From positions 72,788,001 to 72,852,000 of the forward strand of contig OX597833.1 in the NCBI GenBank assembly GCA_951406725.2: a stretch of DNA of 64,000 nt. Reading direction: 5' to 3'. Every line of letters begins with the position of its first letter. The stretch's first letter is position 1. The DNA comes from Octopus vulgaris. Taxonomy: Eukaryota. Below, in pieces: positions 26,006-40,222 of this stretch. Made by a program: the position numbers and the translations under genes. The notes beneath the pieces were generated by a model. That model made no database searches, was not told where the DNA came from, and was given only the letters and a program-made list of their open reading frames with translations.

Positions 26006-27183
26006 GGGTGAGGCAAAATGATTAATTTCTGATTTCTTGTTATTTTCTCTCTGCCCATTTGAAACCATTCCATTGCAAGTATCGCATCCTCATCCTTTTA
26101 TTCTGTTGCATCTTCTTTGGGAATAAAAATTGGTCAGCATAGTTGTTGTTGTTGAGGTTGAGAGGGTTTGGAACATAGTCAGGTGATTAGGGTTTTGTTT
26201 TCCAAGAAATTCCCTTTTTGACCTGATTGCAATTGAGGTTGCTAATTAAACATCTGGATAATTTTTGCTGTTCAACAACCAATAGGCATTTTCTCTTTTG
26301 GATTCTAAGACAATTCTTTTCCTACACTAATGTCTAATATGATAATTTTCAATTACCAAAAATTAAGTCTAAACTGGCATAAAAGGAGTAACGACCAATT
26401 TCAATAATTTCTTCCCTTTACCATGAAAAACCCATTCCAGCAGATTCTGAAGAAGCTACACAGAATATTTTATGTTAAGCTTTTAGATTTAGTCAAGTTT
26501 CGTTTCATTTCATATCAGGTACCATTTTCCCACGATCCTTTTACAATTTGACTGATATATTTCGAATTTTTGTTGAATTTCTAAGGATGGATATTGATGT
26601 TTTATGAGTTTTTTCCCAAATATTATTCTGGAGAATTGAAAGAGGCAAATTTACCTCGTTTTGTTTTACTCATTTTGCCCCATCTAAATTCGTCTTTTAT
26701 ATGCTCAAAGAGAATGAGAGATAACTTTCTGAAATAGTGTTCAGATTATGCTACAATGTTTTAAAGTATTCAGAGAAGCTCATTTGCTTGGCTGATATAG
26801 TTTTTGTAAGGTAGTAAACATTCGTAAATTTCTATTCTCAAAGTTTAAAAATGCAGTAAATATTACTCATTGTGCCCCACTACTTCTATTCCAAATATAT
26901 ATTATACAGACTTGTATAATTCCTTCCATAAGCAATTATGTGTTAATATTAGACGACTATTATTAGAAAACACAGTTTGTGCATTAGTAACAGAACTAAA
27001 TCTAATGTTAAATCTGGTTACTATCGGAAAGCAACTGTTAGCGTTTGCTACACCCTCACTTAACAGACTCACTCCAGATATTACAGCAGCTTCCGAAAAG
27101 ACATGATATCTCATTAGAATTTGATAATCTTAAACAGCAATCTAATATTCTATTTAAATTCCTACTTTCTTTCTTTCTTTCTT

Positions 27184-27214
<31 letters not shown>

Positions 27215-27460
27215 CCCTAACCACCTATTTACACACACAAGCACGCACACACACACATACACGCACACACACGCATACACACACAGATATATACATACAT
27301 GTGTGTATGTATGTATGTATGTATGTATGTATGTATGTATGTATGTATGTACGTATGTATGTATGTATGTATGTATGTATGTATGTATGTATGTATGTAT
27401 GTATGTATGTATGTATGCATCTGGCAGTTTTCTTGCACAGAAGCTTCAAAAATATGTATT

Positions 27461-27563
<103 letters not shown>

Positions 27564-27876
27564 AAGGTTTCTTTTTAATTTGATGTGGTCAACCCATTGA
27601 AATTTCATTCCAATTCCAGAAAGCATTTTCTCTTTCTCCCCTTTCTCGATGTACCCCTAATTAGCACATTTGTAAACACACACATTTTCTCATTATATAC
27701 ACAAAAGGAAAGTCGTGGCTAAATGACCTCAGTCCATCTAATTCCATTTGTCTAGCGTTACTCTCCGTAAAAAGCCTTTACTCCTTTTGATCTCCAATCT
27801 GCATTTTTCGATTATTTTTCTTCTTACTCTCCCCTTACATTTCCACGTGTAGTTTCTATTTTCTTTTTGTAACATA

Positions 27877-27948
<72 letters not shown>

Positions 27949-28054
27949 CGTGTATGTATGTATATGTATATATGTGAGTGTAAAGTGAAATAGAAATCAG
28001 AATAAACAAATTTGTGGCGACAGGCGGTACGCGTCTGAGTGCCTTCGATTTCCG

Positions 28055-28257
28055 TCAGGTACCCCGATTTTCTCTCACTCACTCTCCATCCCCCTCTCTC
28101 TCCCTCCCTCTCTCTCTCTCCCTCCCTCATAATGTGATCGCTTTGTATTGGCAGGGTACGTTTTGTTTCATAAGCAAAAGTATGCAGACGCATGTCTTCT
28201 CTCTCTTATTTGTTTATGTTGGCACGCTTCGCTATACCTTCGTGTATTCGTGTGTGT
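28055..28257 (+). repeat. Dispersed repeat of about 200 bp, copy 1 (copy 2 at 35812-36034)
   Basis: Near-identical CATAATGTGATCGCTTTGTATTGGCAGGGTACG...TATACCTTCGTGTATTCG block. Confidence 0.9.
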
Positions 28258-28299
<42 letters not shown>

Positions 28300-28439
28300 T
28301 TATGAGAGGTAATGGTGTCGGTAAGACTCAAAGGTGTCAGGTAATGCTGAATAAGTGCTATGGATAGACTATAGTTAAGCTCCAAGTTCAGTGATTATAC
28401 GAATAGGGAGTCCAACGTAGGTCATACATCAGCATGTGT

Positions 28440-28792
28440 ATATATAAAAATATTTTTTCAGAATGAGAAAAAAAAACCAAGGCTGAGAAGATTTTAGAAC
28501 ATTTGTAAATAGAAGGTTTTACAGCTGTTTCCAGGATATTTATTATATCCCTTCATCGGAGACGGTGTGAGAAAATGGTTAAGCAATAGTTATTCTAGAT
28601 AAGATAGGAAATAGAGAGTGAAGTGGAGGAATGAAAAGAGATGTGAGATATGCAGGGATATTGCATTTGTAGATCCATTACTTAGGAAGAATGGTATACA
28701 TGTAAGATTCCAATACCTTATGAGTAAAATACAATAGTTTTTTAAATACTATTGGAATTTACTCATAAGGTATTGGAATCTTACATGTATAC

Positions 28793-28796
<4 letters not shown>
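28440..28796 (-). mobile_element. ORF-less PLE pseudo-LTR-like unit with a decayed HHR (28515-28565) and a 39-bp fold-back (28690-28796)
   Basis: Minus strand: CCGATGA agggata..tatcctg GAAA CAGCTG TA; perfect inverted arms 28690-28728 and 28758-28796, abutting (TA)n. Confidence 0.7.
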
Positions 28797-28859
<63 letters not shown>

Positions 28860-28861
<2 letters not shown>

Positions 28862-31800
28862 AAAAAAGCAACAAGAATGGATCAATATTTCAGTACAATT
28901 GTTTCGTACGAAGACATCTTTAATAAGGCTACAAAAATTGCAGTAAATATAAGTGACCCGTACTCATCAGCTCAAAAAACATCTGAGATCTCCAAACATC
29001 AAAGGGGGTGATGTTACACTCGTGAAACATCATGGAAAGTTCTATAAAAATGAGATTTAGATAACAAATTGACTTCTGAAAGTTCTTTTAGTATTGCACG
29101 GTCATATATCAGGTTTTTGAAAAACTTTTTCAAAACCTCTTAGTTTTCCAGAAAGTGAAGATGAAAGTGAGGATGTAAATTCATCCATATTGAAGAAAGT
29201 TTGATTCCTGGAGATTTGATGAGAGGTATCGTACTCACAGAATATGTATTTATCCATATATAGTTCATAGTAAAGTGTGATTCAAGCTGTGTGAAGATAT
29301 TTTAGATACATTTGTGCGAAATTTCTGAAAACTGCTATGTTAGTATCCGAAACAGTTGTAGGAGGGTCAGTGAAGCGTAGAGACAGTCTTTCTGTGGAGA
29401 CGAAATGACTGATATAGAAATCTGCAAGAACCACAGAGCTTAAAGGAGGAATGTTAATTTTGACCACCTACTGTTGTTAATTGCTATATAAAGAGGAAAT
29501 GGGAAGGTGAAAAGGGGGGGGTCAAAGGTTGTTTCTATAGGAACACATTTTAGCGTATTTAGTGCAATATTCGAACGGAGGTCATTTAATCTATTTCTTT
29601 ATTTATTAATGTTACTATTAGTACATTGCCAGGTTATGGGAATACAATAAGAGGTCAGAAGAAAGGAAATAGAGTTATTTTTCATAATGAAAAACCGTTA
29701 TATTATAGGTCTAGGATTAGCAAAATTTATTAGTAGTATATAAAAGAACTAAGAAGTCTAATTAACCAATTTTCTATAAATAGGTTTACTTAAAATAGAC
29801 TAAAAATTAGAAAGAAATAATTTAAATTATCTACATAGTCTAATAGAATGAAGTTTCTAATCAACTAATTTATATAAGTATCACCTAGTACAGTTAGAGA
29901 GAGAATATAACCATAGCTAATGAGATCGTAGCTGTCTAATTAAATATATAATATATAATATGTAAGAGCAATGCTTTATTCAAAGTGATTTTTATATACT
30001 GTTATCATTTAAAATATTTAAGAGTCTTAATCCTAGCGTGGATACAGGAAAGACCCAGTTCTATCCGGTTATTCAATAAAATATTTTTTTTTATTCATTA
30101 GTATTTCAAATGTTTCCATGGAGCAAAGTTGACAACCAACTCTGCTATTTTTATAAGGTATCGCTCTTCTAACTAATTCCCAATTAAGGTTATACTTAAT
30201 ATTATTGTTTTTTAGTTCCCAGATTTTACTTGAAAGAGTGGTGCTATCAGCTTTATGACGTAATTTGAAAGAAGATAGATGGTTACTAAGGCGTTTTTTA
30301 AAATTTATACTACACCCTAAATAGGTATCTTTGTTATTATCTGTGGTTATGGTGCATTTGTAGATTACGTTATTTAACCCGCATAGACCAGGCGCCGGGC
30401 ATTTTGATCTAATTCTGCAGTTACATCTAGGGGGATTATAATTCGATGTGGAATTACTCGAGGACAGAAGTCTCATATTACTGTTACTCAAAACATTACG
30501 AGTATATTTTTTCGTTATTTTGGTTACTGCTGCTATCTAAAATAATGTTATCGTTATTGTAGTTAATGTTATTATCTAAAGTAGTATTATCATTTATCGG
30601 TATTCCTACACTATCATTTGGTTCTATAACCCTACCATCATTATTAATATTGTTGGTGCTGTTACTATTGTTACCGGTATTAGTTTCTAAATGTATAGTG
30701 TTATTGTAGATATCATTGTTGTCTCCATTCATGGTATTTTCACTCTTGGTATTATTCCTATTATTAACATAATTGTTCCTATTTGTGTTATTATTATTAC
30801 TAGCAATTCTATAGCTATTGGTTATACTTATGTTATGATAGTCATTATTATTATTGTGGCTATTATTAATTTCAGTAATGTTACTACAATTTTCATTTGT
30901 ATTCTTATTGCTATTATTAAAATTTTTCCTGGCTAGTTTTATGTTATTATTATTGATCCTGGCTATTAAAGTGGACATATTTGGGAGGGTTGAATAAGAA
31001 ATTCTGACCGTTTTTTTAGAAATAATTTTATGATATCTATGAGAGGATGAGAAGTTCTTTTCTAGAATTGTTTTGAATCTACTCTGAATATCTGATAAAA
31101 CCGCACAGTTGAAAGGGATGTTTAGCCACATTATGTCCCTCCTATCAAATTTCTTAGAATTAGAATTGGGGTTATTTGAATCGTTCCTAATCTCACCAGA
31201 GTCGATGTATTTATTAATGTTCTTATTTGCATGTTTCTTAGTTTTATCAAAGTTTATCTTATCCGTATTACCTTTGTTCAGTTCAATGTTCCTATTATTA
31301 TTCTTAATTTCATTAGGATTTTTTGTCATCGTAAATCTATTTCTACTATTATTTCTGGCATGATCTCTATTGTTGTTTACGTGGCAATTATTACTTTTTT
31401 TATCAGGGATATGTAAGTTCTCTTTATCAATGTTACTAATTGTATGCTTCTTACTTTTATCTAAAATTATCCTATCAGAAATTAATAGTTATCGCCATAC
31501 TAATATGGCATTCTTAAAAATAAGAATAAAGCTGTCGCTGATTAGCTCCATGAAGCCATCGCCTCAAGCTAGCTACTTGACACACAAACTGCGTCCGTTA
31601 TTAAACCTTCGAACAGGGGAGGTCAGCCGCTTCAACCTGCTAGTCCGACAGCTACAGACATGTTTCAGGGTTGTTGCCCCTTCTCAGAGTTTTCTATGTT
31701 TTGGTCTATGTACTTATCCTTGTTCTTATTACCATTTAGATTAGATGTCACATTAAATCTACTTCTACGTCCATTATCGGCGCGATAATTATCGGCGCGT

Positions 31801-31990
31801 GGTTATTGCTACTTAAATTATTATCAATTTGTAAGTCCTCTTTATCAATAAAGGTAATTTTTTGGTTGTATTCTGCTCTAGATAACGCCGCATTACAATG
31901 CTCTGAATGAGAGTTAAATATATCAAAATTGGATGTAATAATTGCCACGTAAACAATAAGTACATAGACCAAAACATAGATAACTCTGAT
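28860..31990 (-). mobile_element. 5'-truncated Penelope-like retroelement (C-terminal GIY-YIG endonuclease, probably Naiad-type), disrupted ORF
   Basis: IMWLNIPFN...KIISKKTVRISYSTLPNM linker; CNC-x5-C-x5-C Zn motif; VIYKC...TYLGCSINFKKRLSNHLSSF GIY-YIG; CQLC terminus; stop, frameshift and insertion present; long 3' region ending in an HHR and (TA)n. That the whole 3' region belongs to one element is inferred. Confidence 0.85.
28891..28973 (-). ncRNA. Hammerhead ribozyme with intact core at the 3' end of the Penelope-like element
   Basis: Minus strand: ttgag CTGATGA GTACG...CGTAC GAAA CAATTG TA ctgaa; palindromic stem III, GUA triplet. Confidence 0.8.
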
Positions 31991-32177
31991 GAGATAGTTG
32001 GATAACCTTTACATATTTCATGCTCAAAGGCCCATCATCAGAAGATAGTCGGCGGCCATGTTACATTTTCCCATCCAATATGGCTGGCATCTAAGCAGAT
32101 AGACATCTTTTGACGGTTCTGTTCTTCTGACGGGACTTTGTGCGAGAAATATTTAAAGATTATTCAATTTATTCATC
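31988..32177. repeat. Imperfect inverted repeat (arms of about 55 bp), each arm a decayed HHR-like motif
   Basis: 31988-32045 resembles the reverse complement of 32123-32177; minus tctt CTGATGA...GAAA TATG TA aagg, plus tctt CTGACGG...GAAA TATT TA aaga. Confidence 0.55.
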
Positions 32178-33216
32178 GTTGCAAAGAAGCTTTCTGTCTT
32201 CACTATCTTAAGTCTTAACATTTCACATTCTCGAAGTTTCTAAATTCTTATTACATCTTATATGTATATAATACGTTTGTGTGTATGTATGTTAGTGTTC
32301 GCCCTGTGTATTGTTATTAGTAATTTCCGCCTCGTTCTTGTCTCGTCTACACTCACCCAAAGGAAGATGCAACCGCATTTCCAAAACCACCGCATGGAGC
32401 CCTATAAAGAAATAAACAAATAAATGGGCGCATGCGATGTTACACGAACTGGACTGAATACTTTAGCTGACTGCCAGTCTATGTGTATACAATATGAGTT
32501 AGGAATCACTCCGCAGACCGAGAATAGATAGTCGTTCCTTGCGAAGGTCTAAGAAGACTAGAAACTAGTCATAAGCATCCCAGATTTTGTCTCTCCGACA
32601 ACAGATAATGAACTTTGGTGTAATCGATTTGTTATCTTTCCAAATCGTGGCTAAAATTACGTTTGTTACAAAAGGTATTTTCTTCCATCTCAATTTACAC
32701 ACTGCATTATTTATATATCTATATTTAAGTACAAACAATAATACAGATATACGTAATACATAAATGCATGTTTACATATGTATATGTAAACATGTATGCA
32801 CAGTTACGCAGTTATATTCTTACATACACACATATATGTGTATGTATGTATGTATGTGTATATAAATGCATGTACGTATGTATGTGCATGTGTATGTATA
32901 GAAACACATTTTTTGCAAACATACCAGCGTATCTGCATATTCACTATTTTACATTCATTCCTGCACTCACACGTTTTGGCACAGAAATGTCTCGGTGCTT
33001 CTGTACGGCGATACATAAATACACGAGAAAGAAGACTTGTTGAATGATTGCGTTAAAATCTCTAAAAAAAAAAATGGTTGGCACAAACAAGCGAGACACA
33101 ATTAGGTGGGAAGAGAAACGATTGGAGCGCTCAACGATGAAAGTCAGGAGTTTAGCAAGAAAGCACAAAGAAAACAGTGATGGCGGCCTGATCAAAAGAC
33201 TGCATAGGTACGCGCG

Positions 33217-33277
<61 letters not shown>

Positions 33278-35284
33278 CCTACGCATCTATGAACCTTTAA
33301 CGCTCCACCAACGATGTCAGTGTAATGTTTACCAAGGTGTATTTAGGCAGCCATTACTCCTAAATAAACACCACACCTGCGCGTGTGCGGTGCTTAAGCG
33401 AGGCCAGGCATGTATGTGTGTGCGCATGTGCATATGTGTGTTTTTGCCAATGCATACTTATGTATGTATGTCTATATGTGTGTGTATAAAAGTGTGTATA
33501 TATATATGTGCATATGTAAATTTATGCTGTGAGATGTATGTGTACACTTGTGCATTTCTATCTTTCAGTCTCATTGCACGCATGCGCACGACAAAATTTT
33601 CTCGGATGGGTTTTGGTGACTGAACGATTCAGAGCGCAAATAAATACAATATGTCGATGTTCTCACCCAAGTAATAAAGTAAATTAAAAAAAGAAAGAAA
33701 AGTTCTAGTAACTGAGCCTAGCAGCGGACATGGATGCAAGCGGCTCTACACTCTCCTGCACTCACACATTTTGGCAAAGAAATTCCTAGCTACTTATTAT
33801 GTACGTCGATACATAAATACACGAGAAAGGTGTTTTAAAATCTAAACACACAAGATATAAGGGAAGCAATTCCAATAAGGTCAACTGAAATGTTTGTTAA
33901 GTACGGAGCCTGCTTATACAAGAGTAGCTGGCGTTAGACGCCAATTAGCGAAAGAACAGGGACGTTTCGGTCTTATTAAGCGTCGTCAGTAAAGCACATT
34001 CTCCTCGGTTCTTAAAGCTAAACATGATCGCTAAATATAGGAACATATATTTAATGATCATATAGGAACAGAAGGGAAATACATCAAAGGAGTATTTCTG
34101 CATGTGAAATACAAATACTAACAACAACAACAAGACACACACACACCAGCTACAACAACAACAACACACACACCAGCTACAACGATCACTGCTATCATGA
34201 CGACTACTACCACCGCTACTAAGCGGAAGCAACTTGTCGGTCGACTCTGTTTATACATTGAGCATGAAATGCAGATGACTATTTTGATTTAATACTGCCT
34301 CGATTGAGTACATAAGACTATTTTGATCAGCTGGGTGGCTATTCACAATATCAGTAAATTGCTTTTTTTTTTTCAGAGGCGGCAAATCTCGTCCGGACAT
34401 GTGGCTGGTTATGAGAATATTCCGAAATGCATCCAGCGTCCTCACTGGCCACAACCGAGATCATTTTTCGTCTCCTTCCGATGTGTATTTTGTATTTAAA
34501 CACAACGCGTTAACAAGCAATTTTATCTCAGACAAACACTACAGCAATCTGCCTATCAACAGTGTATTTGCATTAAGTATGATATACAGATGACGATTTT
34601 AATTTTATACTGCTTACACTATATGTATATATATGAGAGAGTGAAAAAACTACAGAAGGCTTGTGTTATAAGGTTATAGAATATATTTAGGTCGTTATGT
34701 TAGGAAAATGTTAGAAACCTTTGTGTATAGTAACATAGTTTTTGGCGAAATAACCGGTTTCGTATTTTTTTTTTCAAAAGAGAAATTTGAAAAGAATACC
34801 TTGAAAAGTAACATCGCTCATTTTAACATGGCTGTTCCGTCCAAAACCGACGTCTTTGTCGTCATCCTTCGTGGTGGATACTCGTCCGCTAGAAATAGCA
34901 GTAATCCATTCCAGCTCGCAATATATAGAAAATAAGTGACACCCAGTCGCTGATCTTTCAACATGCAAATTAACCAGTTGAGAAAATCTCGATAAGAGAT
35001 GCAAGCAGTAACTATACTGAGAAGTACCGTTTATCGTCACTTAGATAAGGCTATCCCGTGGGAACCGACGCTACTGCTATTTTTAACCCAAGGAGAACAT
35101 CTCCAGCTGGTTATTCGATGCAATCTACACTCAAAATATATCGAAAGCGGAGCAGTGAACCTCTATTATCTCCCAGTCACGAAACCATCACACCGTACGG
35201 TTTCGACCTCTTTGTAGTCACCCTCGGTGCATGATATATTTATTGCAGGGACTTCGATGGCGATAAAAGTTACTTCTATGTATC

Positions 35285-35508
35285 ATATCTTATCTTTGAC
35301 TTGTTTCAGTCATTAAAGCACGGCCATGCTGGGGCACCGCCTTGGAAATTTTTTAGCCGAATGAATCGACCCAAAACTTATTCTTTTAAGGGTGGTATTT
35401 ATTCTATTGTTTACTTTTGTTGAATCACTAAATTAAGGGGACGTAAAGACAGCAACACCGGTTATCAAGGGTTGATCGGGGACAAATATAAACATAAAGA
35501 ACCGTCCC

Positions 35509-35555
<47 letters not shown>

Positions 35556-35672
35556 ACGGGCATCATTCAGTTTCTGTCTACCAAATAGAAGACCACTCGG
35601 CCAAGGGGCCACGCAGTGAGACTGAAACCAGAATCATGTGGTTGGGAAGCAAACTCCTTACCACACAACCAT
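35285..35672 (-). mobile_element. SINE family C with internal (TA)n
   Basis: Reverse complement aligns by eye to 40223-40633. Confidence 0.8.
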
Positions 35673-35811
35673 GTATTCAGTATATTTATTATTGTTGTTG
35701 TTGTTGCTGTTGTTGTGGTGGTGGATATTTAGTATGAGATGCCTTGCGGTATTGGTTCCGATTTCCTTACGTCTGAGCTCTTGGGTCGCACACCTAATTC
35801 GTCCCCCACCA

Positions 35812-36034
35812 TCAGGTACTCCGATTCTCTCTCCCTCTCTCTCCCTCTCTCTCCCTCACTCTCTCCCCCCCTCTCTCCCTCCCTCTCTCTCTCTCCCTCC
35901 CTCATAATGTGATCGCTTTGTATTGGCAGGGTACGTTTTGTTTCATAAGCAAAAGTATGCAGACGCATGTCTTCTCTCTCTTATTTGTTTATTTTTTGGC
36001 ACGCTTCGCTATACCTTCGTGTATTCGTGTGTGT
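35812..36034 (+). repeat. Dispersed repeat of about 200 bp, copy 2
   Basis: Near-identical to 28055-28257. Confidence 0.9.
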
Positions 36035-36354
36035 ATATGTGTATATATATATATGTATATATATATATATAAAGATTGTTGCAGCTTGCTTGAAGCATTG
36101 TGATAAATAATTAAAATAGCAAAACTAGTGCAGACGGAGCTTCTTACTAAGGGAAGAGGAATGAGTTGAAGACGGATGAGGGTTGGGTACCTTTTGTAAG
36201 TATTAGAGCAAGTTCTCTGGTTTGACGATAAGTTCCTTCCTTCGACCCACCAGTCTTAGGGGCCCTTAAAAGGCCATGGGCATTTTACTCTTTGAAAGTT
36301 AGAAATAGCAACCAAAAAGAGAAAACCATGTCACATGGAACGAGAATGGTAACA

Positions 36355-36438
36355 CGTTGCCATGGTTTCGCATGTGGTTGGTAAGCAAGCCACTCCAATT
36401 TATGTATACACACGCACACACATATATATATATATACG

Positions 36439-36506
<68 letters not shown>

Positions 36507-36742
36507 GTGTGTGTGTGTGCGTATCTTTGTTTCTGCGTTTGTCCTCCAGCATCGCTTGACAATCGGTGTAGGTGTGTTTGGTCGCTGTGACCTAACGGTT
36601 CGCCAAAAGGAACTGATTAAATAACTACCAAGCTTAATGAAAACAATAAGGACTGCGGTCGATTCATTCGATTAAAAACAATTTCTTCACGGGAGTGCCC
36701 CAGCATGGCCGCTGGTTAATTACTGAGACGAGTAAAAGATAT
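36355..36742 (+). mobile_element. SINE family C, internally deleted
   Basis: GCATCGCTTGACAATCGG...GGTTCGCCAAAAGG...GCCCCAGCATGGCCGC. Confidence 0.75.
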
Positions 36743-36788
36743 CTGTGTGTTTGTGCGTGTCTGTGTGTGTGTGTGTGTGCGCGCGCGC

Positions 36789-36824
<36 letters not shown>

Positions 36825-37051
36825 CCTCAGCGTCCGCCTAATCATGGTAACCTCATCACGGTTTGTAACCACAGCACAACAACAACAACAACTACTCGTG
36901 GCTGTCCTTGCCTGTAAGACAATCCAATGGCCACACAGCCGTTGTTGTTGTTGTTGTTGTTGTTGATAACACCTGTTGCATCATGTGCTGATGTCTATTA
37001 TTACTGCTGTTGGTGCCGCTGCTACTCTTTGCGATATATATATATACACAT

Positions 37052-37095
<44 letters not shown>

Positions 37096-37198
37096 ATACA
37101 TGAATATGTGTGTGAGTGTGTGTGTATGCGTATGTATATATATGTATGTATGTATATATATACAAGTATATATATATGTATATATATGTATATATATG

Positions 37199-37260
<62 letters not shown>

Positions 37261-37377
37261 ATACATGAATATGTGTGTGAGTGTGTGTGTATGCGTATGT
37301 ATATATATGTATGTATGTATATATATACAAGTATATATATATGTATATATATGTATATATATGTATATATGTATATG

Positions 37378-37464
<87 letters not shown>

Positions 37465-37598
37465 GAATACATGAATACGTGCGTGTGTGAGTGTGTGCGT
37501 ATGCGCATATATATATGTATGTATATATATATGTATGTATGTATGTATGTATATAAATATATATATATATATATATATGTATATAAATATGTATATAA

Positions 37599-37674
<76 letters not shown>

Positions 37675-37810
37675 CTGTATATATATATTTATACCATGGA
37701 TTCCTCATCGCGAACGACAAATGAAGATTTAGTAATTGAAAGCGGTAATTTTATAAATATATATACACTCATATATCATACATATACACAGGCATGCATA
37801 TATGTGTGAG

Positions 37811-37868
<58 letters not shown>

Positions 37869-37901
37869 CGTTTGTGTGTGTGTGTGTGTGTGTGAGCGTT
37901 T

Positions 37902-37938
<37 letters not shown>

Positions 37939-38478
37939 CGTTTGTGTGTGTGTGAGCGTTTGTGTGTGTGTGTGGCAGTTGTACCTAAAACAGTATCATC
38001 TACAATTGATAGCAGCACCAACACCTCTGACAGCAGCAGCAACTGCAGCAGCAACGTTTCCGCGAAACAGCTGCAACAACACCTACAACAATATTTCCAA
38101 GACTCTCTCCATCATCAACAACAACAACAATAGCAGTAGAAACAGCAACAGTTGCATCGGTAGCAGCCGCCGCCCCCCGAAACGGCTGCAACACCTTCGA
38201 CAATATTGCAAAGATCTTCCATCATTTTCGATAACAACAACCACAACAACAACAATAGCAACAAGCATTAGAACAACAACAACAACAACAAGCATAACAA
38301 CAACATCCGCAGCAACTGTAACAGAAACAGGCGGCAACACCACCAGCAACGTGCGCGGCGAGGAAACGAATTGAAAAAGGTGATGCTTAATGAATGCATC
38401 AGCGAATTTAATTGCAAGCAGGCAAAAAGCATTTCTCTCTGAGAAGCTGCTGTCAAAGGGACTTTTCACCCGGAAAAC

Positions 38479-38566
<88 letters not shown>

Positions 38567-39022
38567 AATTAAGAAAAAAGAAACGGAAAAATCGCGCGGT
38601 TTATTAAATGCCTCGTGTTTACATTGTTGCTGGTAAGACTGTTGCTTTGGATAGCCTGACTTATCTGCATCTCTTATATTTATATATATATATACATATG
38701 TTTGTGCGTGTGTGTGTGTAAAGGGTGTAAGCATATAATCACACACCCACACCTATACGGATTTTGGGAGCGGCACACGTAAAGAGTGTCGGATTTCTTC
38801 TTCATCGTTTCTGCTGGTCTTTTTGCGTGCGGACCTGACTGACTGACAAATGGGAAACCGTTATGGTTACTGGGATGCTTCTCTGCGGAATGCAATGCAT
38901 GGTAAGACTTTCATCTATCCGTCTGTCCGTCTGTCTATCCACCTCTCTATCTATCTATCTATCTATCTATCTGTCTGTCTATCTATCTCTGTCTGTCTAT
39001 CTATCGATCTATATCTATCTAT

Positions 39023-39094
<72 letters not shown>

Positions 39095-39483
39095 CTATCT
39101 TCTCAGTCATCTGTCCACTCTCAGCTGGCGCCTGTGTGCCGGAGAACAGAGTCAGAAAAGGGCACTTATGCTTGCCAGTAGATACTTGGGGCACCCGTAA
39201 TTGACCCTACTTCGCTGGTCCTCCCTCTGGATGTTTACAGGTATTTTCCCGTATTTCTGCGATAGGTTTTCATATCTGCATTCTCATAACCGGTCTCTCG
39301 GGCTGAGGGTCATAATGTGACTATGCAGTATTCACCTGATCAGTCAACCCTCTACCAAATAAAGAAATGACTACTACTACTACTACTACTACTACTAACT
39401 ACTACTACTTTGATTTTACTTTGTAATGTGGCCATTCCAAGTTGTTGCAATGCATCTGCGGACAATGGCTGCCTCCCACGCAA

Positions 39484-39595
<112 letters not shown>

Positions 39596-39839
39596 TATTA
39601 TCATTATTATTAAGGTGGCTTATTGGCAATTTACAAGCAAAAGGCACAAGTATGGATGTCACTAACGTAGGCGAGGGTTCTGGTCTGCAGCAGCCTTGCC
39701 AGAAGAATCAGAACAACTCTTAGCCGCGAGGAAGCACTTATCGAGTGAGTGACAAGGGGGACAAGCTCCCTACAGAGCAACCGTGAGCGTGTGTGTGCGA
39801 GTATGTATGTATGTATGTATGTATGTATGTATGTATGTA

Positions 39840-40222
<383 letters not shown>

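Noticed and set aside
26010-27110. 1.1-kb non-repetitive AT-rich stretch, possible gag/LINE relic
   Set aside because: Frames examined are interrupted and no motif could be assigned by eye
28000-28030. LTR end plus primer-binding site (AATAAA...TGGCGAC)
   Set aside because: No paired LTR, TG...CA boundaries or gag/pol found; second copy of the adjacent repeat lacks it
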